64,000 nucleotides of DNA. It comes from Diadema antillarum. Taxonomy: Eukaryota. The stretch is taken from contig NW_027273809.1 of assembly GCF_040938485.1 (NCBI RefSeq), positions 1-64,000 on the forward strand. The letters run 5' to 3'. Each line of letters opens with the position of its first letter. The stretch's first letter is position 1. Made by a program: the position numbers and the translations under genes. Positions 27,614-39,700 of the stretch are shown here, one piece after another. Under the pieces are notes generated by a model. It was not told where the DNA came from and made no database searches. It saw only the letters and a list, made by a program, of their open reading frames with translations.

Positions 27614-29327
27614 TTAATTTTGACCTTTCTAGCATCAACCTGTTTTATTTAAAGTTACTTGCTTGTTTGCGTTTTAGCTTGTCAGATAAATTTTCCGCAT
27701 TAAGCGCAAATTTCGTTGGTCAATAGCACAATGTTTTTGCTGGCTTAAATTTCACTCTGAGTCCATGCGTGCTGCACGCGATCGCGAGTTCTTGCGAAAT
27801 CATCGCGCACTGTTGCCCCTCCGTTCGCTATTTCTATTCGGCACTTCTTCATCAGTTTATTCTCTTTGAACATTTATATCATTCGTTGTTAACATCTGTG
27901 TCAAGTGCCATTACTACGTTATTTGAAAGAAGGCGTTGGGTCACGTATTCCATGACTTCAGATCACGTGTTTCACGGACGTTACCCAAAACGTGATAACG
28001 TGTTTACGTAAGTGAACGTTACAATTATATGTATAAATTATGTATAACGTATCTATAATATAGACATACATGTATCATAATATATGCATAGACCCTAGTT
28101 ATTATAACGCAATGTAGTAATTATATAATTTACAAATTCCTAACATGCATCAAAGACAACACTGACAACATAAAATGCAAGTAATTCTACCTACATGTAA
28201 CACTGCCTTCATGCGCTCTACAGACTATAGTTATCGGCTTACGAGGAGGGCTAATGCTGATCAAAAAATACTTGTGATAAGTCTTTACATGATCATGCGA
28301 AAAGTTGTTAGTTGACAGGTGTTGGTTTGTTTTGTTTTGTTTTGTCTTTTTTTTTGGGGGGGGGGAGGGTTAGTAGGGACAAAGTGGGAAATGTATTCGC
28401 TGTACGTGAACACACACAATTAAGTGTGTGCGTATGATTTGTTTGTTATGCTCCCTCTGTTTCCCAAGCAAAATGTCTTATCGTTTCGTTTGATTATTAC
28501 TACAATAATATTTACTACTCACGAGGGGACTGCATTCTACAAGCTAGGCGTTTTAGCAGTCCCCTCCATTTCCGACTAAGTTTCTTTGTTACTATTCAGT
28601 TACAGTTTGCCCATGCATTCCTTTATCAAAAATATTTGGTTTTGTTTCATTGTAAAGAATAGCGTGCATTTAAATCTCATTTGAATATGCAAAAGTCACA
28701 TTGTACTTTACTTTGTTTATATGCAAATGTCATATCTTATACTTTCATCGGAAATGAAATAAAATGAAATTGAATTAAATGAAGTGGGGCGCCTGAAGCT
28801 CTATTTATGCATTAAGTGCCCCTTTGCTCAATAGTTGTCAAACACTTTGTGTACCATACGCGTGCCATCATGGCAAAGAATACATTGTATAGGAAAATCA
28901 TTTCAAGGGACTAAAAATGCATATAAAATGTCACAGAATGTCACAACTTCATCAAATAAATGATACGCTTAATCTTATCACACAGGTTATACCATACTAA
29001 AAACAGATTTTCATTCCTCAACTGAGAGAAAAAGATTGTCGAAAAGTCGGAAGCAAACGTCAATATTTTTTTCTTTGATGTAACGTTTCATCTCTCCCCC
29101 TCTCTTCGTTGTTCAAAATCTTTCTTTCTTTTTATCACTCCTGGTAGTTATTCGGATCAAATTTGTGTTCACTCTGCAATAACTTGCTGCGAGGATGATC
29201 GTATGCTATGAATTCATTTCCATTATGACAATAATCTATGATGCTCGGATGAGTTTTTATACCTACTCAAAATTCACTTTCATCAGTCAGAAAGATTATA
29301 ATACATGATTGAATCATTTCTTTGTAG

Positions 29328-29949
29328 GCTTGGCCATCAGCCCCATGGAAAGCATCGACAACTGTCAATCCTTTGAAACTGGTACTGATCTCAGCTACAA
29401 CTGGGTGCTTCCCCGCTTGTCGAGTGAGGCCAAATTCGTCAAGTTTGAAGTGAGAGCGGAGTATAGCGCCCTCATCGCTCTGTCTCGAGAGAGCACTGTT
29501 CTGGACGCAATGTACGAAATAGGTGAGAAATAATGCCTTGTAACTCGACTTTTTTTTTCTTCAGAAATATGCCTGGAATTAACAAGAGACTACTCCCTCT
29601 GTTCAATTATTCCTGCTAATAATCAGTGAAAATAGATTCCTACAAAAAGATGAAAACAGGTTTATTGTCCCTCTACGCGATGCTCAAAGCATAATTTGAT
29701 ATTCATATTATATATTTTGATTAAGAAAAATTCCTTACCGAGAAAAAACTACGAACAATAATTTGATTTTTACATCAGATATCCAAAAAAGCTGTTATGA
29801 TTTTTCAGTCTGTCAGTTGGGTATTCCAAAAAAGAAAAATTTAAAGTCTGATTTTGATATCCGTAGGCAGCATGCAGGACGTGTAACAGTCTCATTGACG
29901 AAGCAAGTTTAAGCGATTGTCAGTGATGTAAAATAGCTTTATTAGTAAC

Positions 29950-29996
<47 letters not shown>

Positions 29997-31687
29997 TTTT
30001 TATATGGGAAGAACAATAGAAATAAAAACGAACATAATTATGATTTCACAGGTAAGGGTACAAACGCTGACATGTTTATGCAACGTGAAATTTATGACCT
30101 TGTATACCGACAAGAAATATACCCCCTCCCCCCCCCCCCTCACCCACAACAATAGAATACACGGTTATGGACGGGAAGAGGGTTTAAAAACTTAAAGCAT
30201 TCAAGCTGAGACAGGTGTGTCTCTATATTTATTAATCTCTCGTATCTTGTCTCACGACAATAGGTGCTTTTTTTCCTTAAGTCCAAAATTCTTTCAAAAC
30301 ATCTTTGATGTGTTTAATACTGGTCGATTATCTCTGATGTGCAAAGGTTGCACCTGACCATATTTCATATATAATGCTCGTTAATCAGAAGACATGCATA
30401 ATTTGTTTACCCCAGGGGTTCCAGAATGAAATAGGATTCATTTATCTGAATTTGTTGTATTGAAACGAAGGTTTATTTTTCTTTATTTGGTTTGTTATTC
30501 CAAAGGTTCGTTTTTTTCCCCAAAAGGTGAATAGAGTTCGATATAACGGAACGTATATCATTTTTGCATTAACGAACCCAAATTCATTTTTAGATTAACT
30601 TACTCCTATTTTCTGATAAGCGAACCTCATTTCATTTTCGAACAAACTACCCCTATTTCACCTGCGAATTAACGAACCTTGTTGTGTTTTCGGATAGGCG
30701 ATCCTCTTCCCAGTTTAGCACAATCGAACCTAGGGAATAACGAACCTTTGGAATGTCTGGTTGTACCCCTTCAGAACTGTCACCTAACTTTACATTCTCG
30801 CTTTCTTTGCACTCCTGTAGAAATTAAATGTCAAACATCATTTGATTTTTATAATTAAATGATTATCAATTCTAATGTTGTCAAAGAAAAGTACAGAGCC
30901 GGGCAATTGGATTATGCCTATATGACCATCTTTTACAAACGTGCAGCATATCGATTCTATACAAAACAGATAAGATTAAAACATGAGGTGTGTGTCTCTA
31001 TGTAAATTTAATCACAACTGTTTCATTAACCTCTCAGACAGTATTGTAAGAACAACCCGCCTTGTTTGAATTCCACCATAGCTGTACACTAAACCAGGTC
31101 ACTGGTAGGGGATCTCTATCACGGAACGTGATTATTTATACTGCATCAACCATGTACTGCATCCGATTATCATTATTGATCGTCGTCAGCTGGACATGGG
31201 ATGACATATGGGACTCTATTTGTCTGTCAAACTTACAGACGTGACAGGTGTCAACTTCAGAAAAAAGAACGGTAGTGGAAAGAGCCCGACCCTTTCATCT
31301 AATGTTTACACTAACTCTATATTAACATGGCGCGATGGCGTTATAAAACTTTAATGATTTCTTAACATTTCAGAATAATTATTATGTATTATGCGGCCAA
31401 AAGGATTTTTTTTTCTTAATCTTTTTTCCATACCGTTTTTTAATCTTCGGTTATTTTCGTAGTCACAGTCATGATATGATAACAAAAATGCCAAAGGAAT
31501 ACGCTGAAATCTTATTACTTCTTCCGCACAGCTTAGTCATCTAATCTATGCTTCATTTGGATTTTGAACTATTGATACGTTTTACACTCATGTCTTAATC
31601 TGACATGACTTTCATGTTTTCTAACGGACGGATTTTAGGAGCACAAGCGATGTTTTTAGGCAGAAATTCATAGAAAAGCTGATATTA

Positions 31688-31730
<43 letters not shown>

Positions 31731-33040
31731 CTATTCATTTATTTATTTATTTATCTATTCAGCCAAAAGAAAATGACGATAACATTAACATTACATACAT
31801 TCACATGGAAATGGCACAGTTGACGTATAACACAAAGTATGAACAGGGAAGCAATACATGGGCTATAGGGCTCACAATATGGTAGAATACATAATATAAC
31901 ATAGAAAATATAATTGTAGAATAATGCGTACAACATGTTCTTGTGATGTAAACATCTCTTTAATATCTACATTACCGGTATATCTACTGTCCGTTGATAT
32001 CACGCCTGTTAAATCACTGATCCCAATAAGCTATACCTCTCTCATCATCGTTCACTGTTTTCCAAAAAGGACTGAAGAGGGGAACCTATTTATTGCGCAA
32101 AGTTTCAGTTTCATAAAGTGATTATCCCAAACAACGCTGACAAGGAACTTGAGACAAGTACACTCAAGGGCCCTGTTGCATAAAACCCTTACCGCTGGAC
32201 TTACCGCTCCTTTCTAGCGGTAAGTCTTCAAATTAGCGGTAAATTTTATAATCCTTGATGCTGATTGGCTGTGATGCCTAATTTTGACGGTAGTTAGTAT
32301 GCAACGGGCCCAAGGTTTACAAATATATACAAGGCAATACTTGCAGCAGAACCCCCAACACAAGCAAACAAACAAACAGGTGCGATATGATGCAGTCAAT
32401 AGTACAGCATGATTTGTGCTGGCCTTTAGGTCGAGGGAGCTATGCCAAATTGTGACGAGTCGTCATGATTAAGATATAAAAAGAATCAATGAAATAGATT
32501 TTCACAAAATACTGTACAATTTTCTTCATAATACATATGCGATACAGGGATTCTAACTGATAATGTTACTACAATGAAGATAAAAGCGATGTTGGGAATA
32601 CTATTCCTCCATATACATTAAAAACAATTAAATCGAATAATGAGTTTAAAAGAGGAGTCCCGTCAGGAAAAGCGTAATTAATGAGTGAAGAATTGGAGGA
32701 TTAATGCTATTGTTTATCGATATCTTGACTTTACAATAGACAAGCATTAAATTTTCGCTTCTAATCGAAACAGAGCTTGGCAGCGACCTGAATTCGAGAG
32801 CAGTTATCCGGCGATGCCACAAATGCGATCCTCTCGTCACTGAAAACACCCTCGGAAGAATAAGCGGCGAGAGGGGTAGTGTCTTTTGGATCCTGTTTTA
32901 TCAAGGCATTCTTGCCATCGGTTTGGGTGATTCACTAGATCCTTTTCTCGTCTGGGTCGACCCACAACCACTCGAAGTCAACCACGTGGGGTTCACAACA
33001 GATGGTGTCGCGGGCTATTGGACCTTCGCACGCTATCCAG
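29328..33040 (+). CDS. FAMeT-like module 1 (exons 29328-29522, 32774-33040)
   Basis: FVKFEVRAEYSALIALS...MYEI|ELGSDLNSRAVIRRCHKC...FWILFYQGILAIGLGDSLDPFLVWVDPQPLEVNHVGFTTDGVAGYWTF; the most canonical copy. Confidence 0.9.
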
Positions 33041-33679
33041 GTACGTTATTCGTAAAACCAACGACAAATCGCAGACCTGTAGTAACCCAGTGGTTGCAGT
33101 GTAATCATAAGAGACCTTAGATACGTCTGAGACAATAATTAATAAGTGGCTTTCATTGAGAAGCTTTCGAAAGGATTTGGTGGACTGATAGTTGACTAAG
33201 CTAACTTCCAGCGCTACACCGAAATCATATCGCTAACCAAGTCCATTGATCCAGGAAATGTCTCTCTTTGATTTTATTGGTCACCTGCTTTTAATTAGTT
33301 TTAATGTTTTGAAACAGTTTGTTGTTGAACACATAGAGCAACAATAATTATGTAGACCTACAGTATGTACCTGACACTAAACGTTCCCTTCTTAGCTTTT
33401 TAGAAAAGGTTGTAGGTATCTACGCGATTCTGTGTTTCCTGCTCAATTGAACCAGCAACCGATTTATTTTCTTTTTCACATTAAGTTGAATAATCTCGCA
33501 GTTTTAAGACTATTACGAATTTCAAATCCTTTCGTTGATCGCATTTCATAAACAGAGCAATAGCACGTTCATTCCTATACATGTACGTTAAATGATATAC
33601 TATGCAAGTACTATACTAGGTGTGGATTTGTCTTCAAGAGTGTTAATCGTGATTACATAGATTCGTTGTTTTATGCGTA

Positions 33680-33713
<34 letters not shown>

Positions 33714-36700
33714 TTTTGGAGCTCAGCGATAGAGGTTTGTCGTTTTAGGTTGTTGCTGTCAAATATGTTGACTGTTTGGGTCAATTACAGAAATACGCAT
33801 TAGTTCTTTACCTCCCTATCCTTCAGTAATCTGTAAAATCCAGGTCACATCATTTCAAGCATGTTCGAAAACCTACAGTTTATGATTTTACAATAAAAAT
33901 CAATGCGTTTCAATAAACGCCAGTCCTAGACGTAGTCCATGTGCATGTTTGATGTTCACTGTTAGGCGTGTTTACCTCGCACACAACTGGAGATGCGTGC
34001 ATTCTCTACCCCTTTGAGAAGTTGCCAAAGGGGGACTTTGAAATAAACTTCGCCCTAAAGTGGTCAGGGACGACGGCACTACAACTGGCTGAAGAACAGA
34101 AATCTGATAACTGCTACTACATCGGTGAGTTTTGCACAAGCTATCGCTAACTCCTTCACAATATCTATATGTGTGCGTGTATGTGTTGAATTCCATAAAT
34201 ACTATTTGAAAAGAAAAGAATATAATCAATATGGGCATAATGCTGCTTCATCATCAGACGAATTTTCTCCTCTTATAATACTGATTCATTATCAGACGAA
34301 TTTTCTCCTCTTATGATACTGATTCAGACGCGGAATGTTTGAATCAAATCATGACACTTTTTTTTTTCAAGTGGTGAAGGCTGACAAGCATGGGAGACAA
34401 AGACTGTCTAGAAAGCGATGCATTGATATCCTCCAAAGTCTAGTCTAATTTTTAGATAAGTTAGATAGATGGATTTAATTTCAAGGATCGAAAAGTCACA
34501 GTAATCTTTACGCGGTGTGCTTCACATTTAAACGAGGGCTATTTAGCGCAACAAAAATAGATAGTACTTTCAACATCTATCCTGGTTAATTTTTATCGTC
34601 GACACTAATTCATTAGTATCATCACTTATTCGTACTTCTGTCATCACCATTATCATTATCATTTTCATTATTATCATTGTCATAATTGTTATAATCCCTA
34701 TCATGCTTGTCTACTGTCATAAGAGAATAGACGTTAGTAGTTACTGTTACATATCGCAAACATTTCCATTATCATTATTCACTCTGAAAAGTCTTGGAAC
34801 GAGTGGAAGGTGGAACCGAACTGGCTGTCGAAATTCGCCTAAACGAGCAGTCCATCATCTCGGTCACCTACAAGCCAGTTCAGTCGCTCGATGATGATAC
34901 TCCGGCACACTTCTATCTGAAATTCGAGGACCAAACACTGAAAGTGGGTGAAAAAAATTCGGATTCGATTGCGGAGCTGACAGGCGTGAACTCCTTGTTC
35001 CTGAGGTACCTGGGGTATTTGTCTTTCATCTCAGACGCTGCTGACTGGTATTTCTTCAACATGATCCCAAACGTTGTCGGTAAGCCCGGTTTTTCATCAT
35101 CATAACACTGGTAATTGTAAACTTCACATATTCCTAACTCGAACCCTGTATACGAACGATATCTAGGTAAGAAGCTTGATGAATCAATCGATAGCTTTAC
35201 ACATCCTCGGCTGTTCAGGCCCACTTCAGGGGGTGTTTCATCAACGTTTGTCAGCGCTGACAACTGTCAGCGCTGACAATTTCAGCAAAATCCTTGGTTT
35301 TGATTGGCTGAGATGCTCTGGTCACTGACTGTTCATGGTGATTCAAGTTGTCAGCGCTGACAAACGTTGATGAAACACTCCCCTGTAGTTGGGTCAGAAT
35401 TTGCTTAGTGAACAAACGTAACGCGCGCTTAACGCTTTCACACTTTAAGATAAACAATCTTAATGAAACATTTCTTGTGGTGCCCATGTATTCGACTAAA
35501 CTCTTTAATAGCCCTATAAAGAATCATACTGTATCGAAACTTATCAATTGGTTAAGTATGTATACAAATAGTACACACAATACAATACACACGTAACAAT
35601 GATTAAAGAGATGGTGATATACATTGTATTCATAGGCCAGTATGTGGCCACCAACGGATCTCCCATGAACAAAGGTTATCCATTCTATTCCATGAAAGAT
35701 ATCTTCACCTACTCTAACGACAGTGTTTTGTTTTGGGCCAAGCTTCTCGAGCCCATTGTGGGAGACTTGTAAAATGTAGAGAACCCCAACCAGGATGATC
35801 CCTTCTAAGCATCAATCACGCAGGTCTTTGGAAGACTAGAGGGAAAATGGACTATTAATTTTCCATTTCTAAATGTCACCCCTCAGAGGTCATGAGGCCA
35901 CCGCTGTTACTGTCAACATAAACATGTTCGTAACAGTATCGATCGAACTATGTACAACACAACTTGGATGTTTTACTATTATTGAAGAAGATTACGGCTT
36001 CAACGCACACAGATTTGGCCGCTAGGCGTGCCGAACGTTTGTTGTATACTTTGAACAAGTTTTGTGTCATGCTGTAACCCTTTGAAGCTTCACGTACATC
36101 ACGAAACTAGTTACACTTGATCAGTTGGCCCAACCAAAACTTGTTGTTCCCTTCATAGTTATTACCACTGCCACTGTCATGGAGAGCGTTAACAAATATA
36201 TTTCTTAACCCCAAAGAGTATCTAACTGGCAATATACAACTTTGTTTCCCTACATATGGGTGTGAAGAAGATCTTTGAATTGTTGAATTAAAGGAGTTGT
36301 GGCCTTTTTTGTCCTCGTCCTGGCCCCACTGCTGGGGACATGCTGTAACATTTCGTCAACTTTGAATTACCTATCCCTAAGACTGAATCCTGTTAAGTTT
36401 AGTTAAATTGGACATAAGGGTTCAGCAAAGGAAGACGATGAAATATGATCACATTTCTATGGACACTGGACGACAGAAGACGGAGAAAAAATAGATTAGA
36501 TAATCACAAAAGCTAACTTGAACCCATGGTCCAGATGAGCTATGTAAAACGTTATGTTTTGACAGGGAAGGTTGAAAGCGTGGAAACATAATGTGTGTAC
36601 AAACATTTTCAACACTGCCTTTCAGGGTTCACTGACGTCATAGAAGAGATACCAGATTGTCTTCAAGGAGGAGGTAAGACCGAATCACTTGTTAGTCAAA

Positions 36701-39700
36701 ACACCAGAAAATGAATTTGACGATAAAAAGAAGAAAACTGACAGTAATAATGACGTACGACTCATTTGTCACGATTCTTTCTTTTTATTTGCAGGCCGTA
36801 ACGCAGCTCTTGTCCATATAACACCACATGTTGTGAAAATTGAAAGTGAAATGAAACAGATAAAACGCACTGCCAAATTCTCATTCTGTCGATAAAACTA
36901 TCAACATTATCTGGGTATTCCGTTTTTCTGTATGCTGTCTCATCACATGACAATGCCTCTTATTGTAGCCTTACAGGTATTCTACACTGACGGGAATACA
37001 CCATCTACGTTTGCAGTACACAGTCATACAACGGGCGAGTACGAGCTTAGGTTCAGTCTCCAAGCTAAAGGCCAAGCACGTATCATGTTTGCCAGCTCGC
37101 CCACCGGAAATACTGACGGCTACAATATTGGTAAAAACATTACTATCCACAATGACTGATTCTTACAGACGAGAGTGCGAAGATGTTTCAGTGTGGGACT
37201 TTATGTGGGATTAAGTGCAAAGAGCACGTTCAGAGTTTTGATATACCAAAAAAGCAAACAGGATCAATGTAGGATTATCCTAGTTTCCAAATAGACAAGA
37301 CGTATTTGAGACAGAAGGTTTGGATAAGTTAATCCAATTCACATAGCGACGCGTTTGCTCAAAGTACACGCAGGTATAACGTTGAATATAGGTTTGGCGC
37401 TGCGCATGAATTAATACTATCAAAGTCAGTACTACCAAGGAGGTACTAGGCTTTGCCTAGTACCTCCTTGGTACTACTTCCTTTCGAACATTTCCACAAT
37501 TAACACCCGTTGATGTCTCACCCGCCAAGATCTCAATGCAGCTCTGCCATATCACTCTCATCTCTGGCTAGATAATGTTATTACAATTCATTTACGTCAC
37601 AGGGCCGCGTCGACGCTTGATTATGTTCCAAAGCTAATGCGTTTAGAATTTACAATCAGAACTAAAACTTTTATATAATACTCTGTCCAAGCACCCTCGT
37701 ACCTACATGGGCTGAAAGTAATCTGGAGTTTGGTACGATGTCCGTTGCACCAAACGTGTCAGCTGGCAGCAACTTATGTTTTCTTCATGCAGTGCCAAAA
37801 GAACTTTGTGGCGTCTGGGGAGTGCGTATGGGACAAGTGCGTGCCAAACCGGAACATATTGTTGCGTTTCGAACAAGAGTCAATGAATCGATCACACCAA
37901 CATAAATCATTGCATTTCAAGAGAGCACATTTATTGGCGTCTTGACTTCAGGAGGACCAAATCCAGACTGACTCCCAAACAGGAGTTTTAGCTTGGCATC
38001 ATTCCCAGCCAAGTATACAAACAATTAACCAGTTGGCTACTTCCATAGTCATAGAAGAGATTAAATAAGAAACTAATACAGGTACAATCGGGCAATAGGG
38101 TGGTAATTGGAGGGAGGCATGGCTACAACAATAGGACAAAGAGACATAAAGTTGAGACTATTACAAAGGGGTGACATCAAACGTCTAGCTACTAGGGAAG
38201 GACAAAGGATAGGTTCTTGCATGGTCAGTATAGTAGATGAGAAAAGGGCTACAATTACTGCTTTATTCTAGGCACCAACACTGAGCTTTTACGTGTGTGT
38301 CTTGGTTCAATTAATACATAGGGGCTAACTAAGCCCTCCACTTTATGACTTTAGGACAAAGGATATTCAATCTGTACAAGATATATGTGTGGGAGAATAC
38401 TGATAAGAATTAGGACATTGACCCTGACTATGAAGTGTAACCAGTATACAGGACAAGTTACTGACCTTAACACTACTCCCCCCTTTGAAAAGAGGTATTG
38501 TCCTCAATACACAACCTACAACAGGGTGAATTTAGCAGTACGGATACATGACATGGAAAGACAGAGAGAGAGAAGACACTTGACAGAAAGAGAAGAGAGA
38601 AACAGAATCAGGAGGTGTAACAGAATGATAGTGAAGATTTCGTACAAGGTGTTAGAGAGGTTGTCACATTTATCTAAACTATAATTAATAAATAGTCCAA
38701 ATATTTTATAGCTCTCAAATAGTGAACCCATCACAAAACAACTCAAAAATATATTACAACTGACAGCGATGTATAATCATGTACATGGACAAAAAGTAAT
38801 GACACGAACAGACAACATGTAACAGAAACAACAACCCAAATTTACAGTGTTTACATTTTCACTCTACGTCCATCTATCAACAAATAACGCTTACCTTTAA
38901 TCTTACATTATACAGTTACACTATAACATGCACATTGAAAATCAGAACAAAGACATTGGTTATTGAAGCTTCGAAAATCTAAGTTTTGTAGAAAGAATGA
39001 AACATTACAGAAGAAAAGATAACGAAGAAGTAAGACAATTGTAAGAGAAGAAAGAGAAGAACAGACAGTATATCCTCATTCGAGGTAAACTATTAAACGG
39101 AAGAGATGCTACTTTGTAAACACATCGAGATCATGAGTAAAACGACATGTACAGTGTACATACAATGTGGTCGCCATTGACAAGAAAATTAAAGGTTAAC
39201 CACGAACAGGAGTTAAGAACAGATCAGTACTGTAGGATATTAATTCATTTTAGAAACTTTTGCAACATAAGAGCATGGGTAGTACACCAATTCCTGTTCA
39301 TAATGCATAGGTGTAAACATTCTGGTCTCCGTCTCAGTGTAATGAAATCAGATAGAAAACTAGAGTGAGGGATGAAATAAACAGAGACAACAAACCCTAA
39401 TGTGAAACTTGGATCCTATGCAAATTAAATACCAGCATCAACTGAACAATTAATCACAGTGTAAAACCTAAATTGGGTGACAAGTGGTGACGCAAATCTT
39501 GATACCCTTAAGTCTACTTCAACATTCTATGAAACAACTACATGCAAAACTCTACAGGAATTTCTCTGCGGTCCGGATATATCCGGCTAAGGCATCTTTG
39601 TATAGATGCAGGGCAGATTGTTCCTTAGCCTCAATACAAGCTTGTACACTCTACAAACCTTGGAGCTTAACCTCTACAACACTGGCATGTATCATTTGTA

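Noticed and set aside
30455-30770. CRISPR-like or regular repeat array (also 43480-43640)
   Set aside because: Units are degenerate and irregular, with no unique spacers; the context is eukaryotic.
31038-31248. Possible extra exon with an EGF-like YCKNNPPCLN stretch
   Set aside because: All three frames hit stops after the acceptor, and modules 1a and 1b join correctly without it.
38516-38746. Hydrophobic ORF just upstream of the PPT, resembling an env transmembrane anchor
   Set aside because: It is short, has no ectodomain, fusion peptide or cleavage motif, and its hydrophobicity follows from TC-rich composition.
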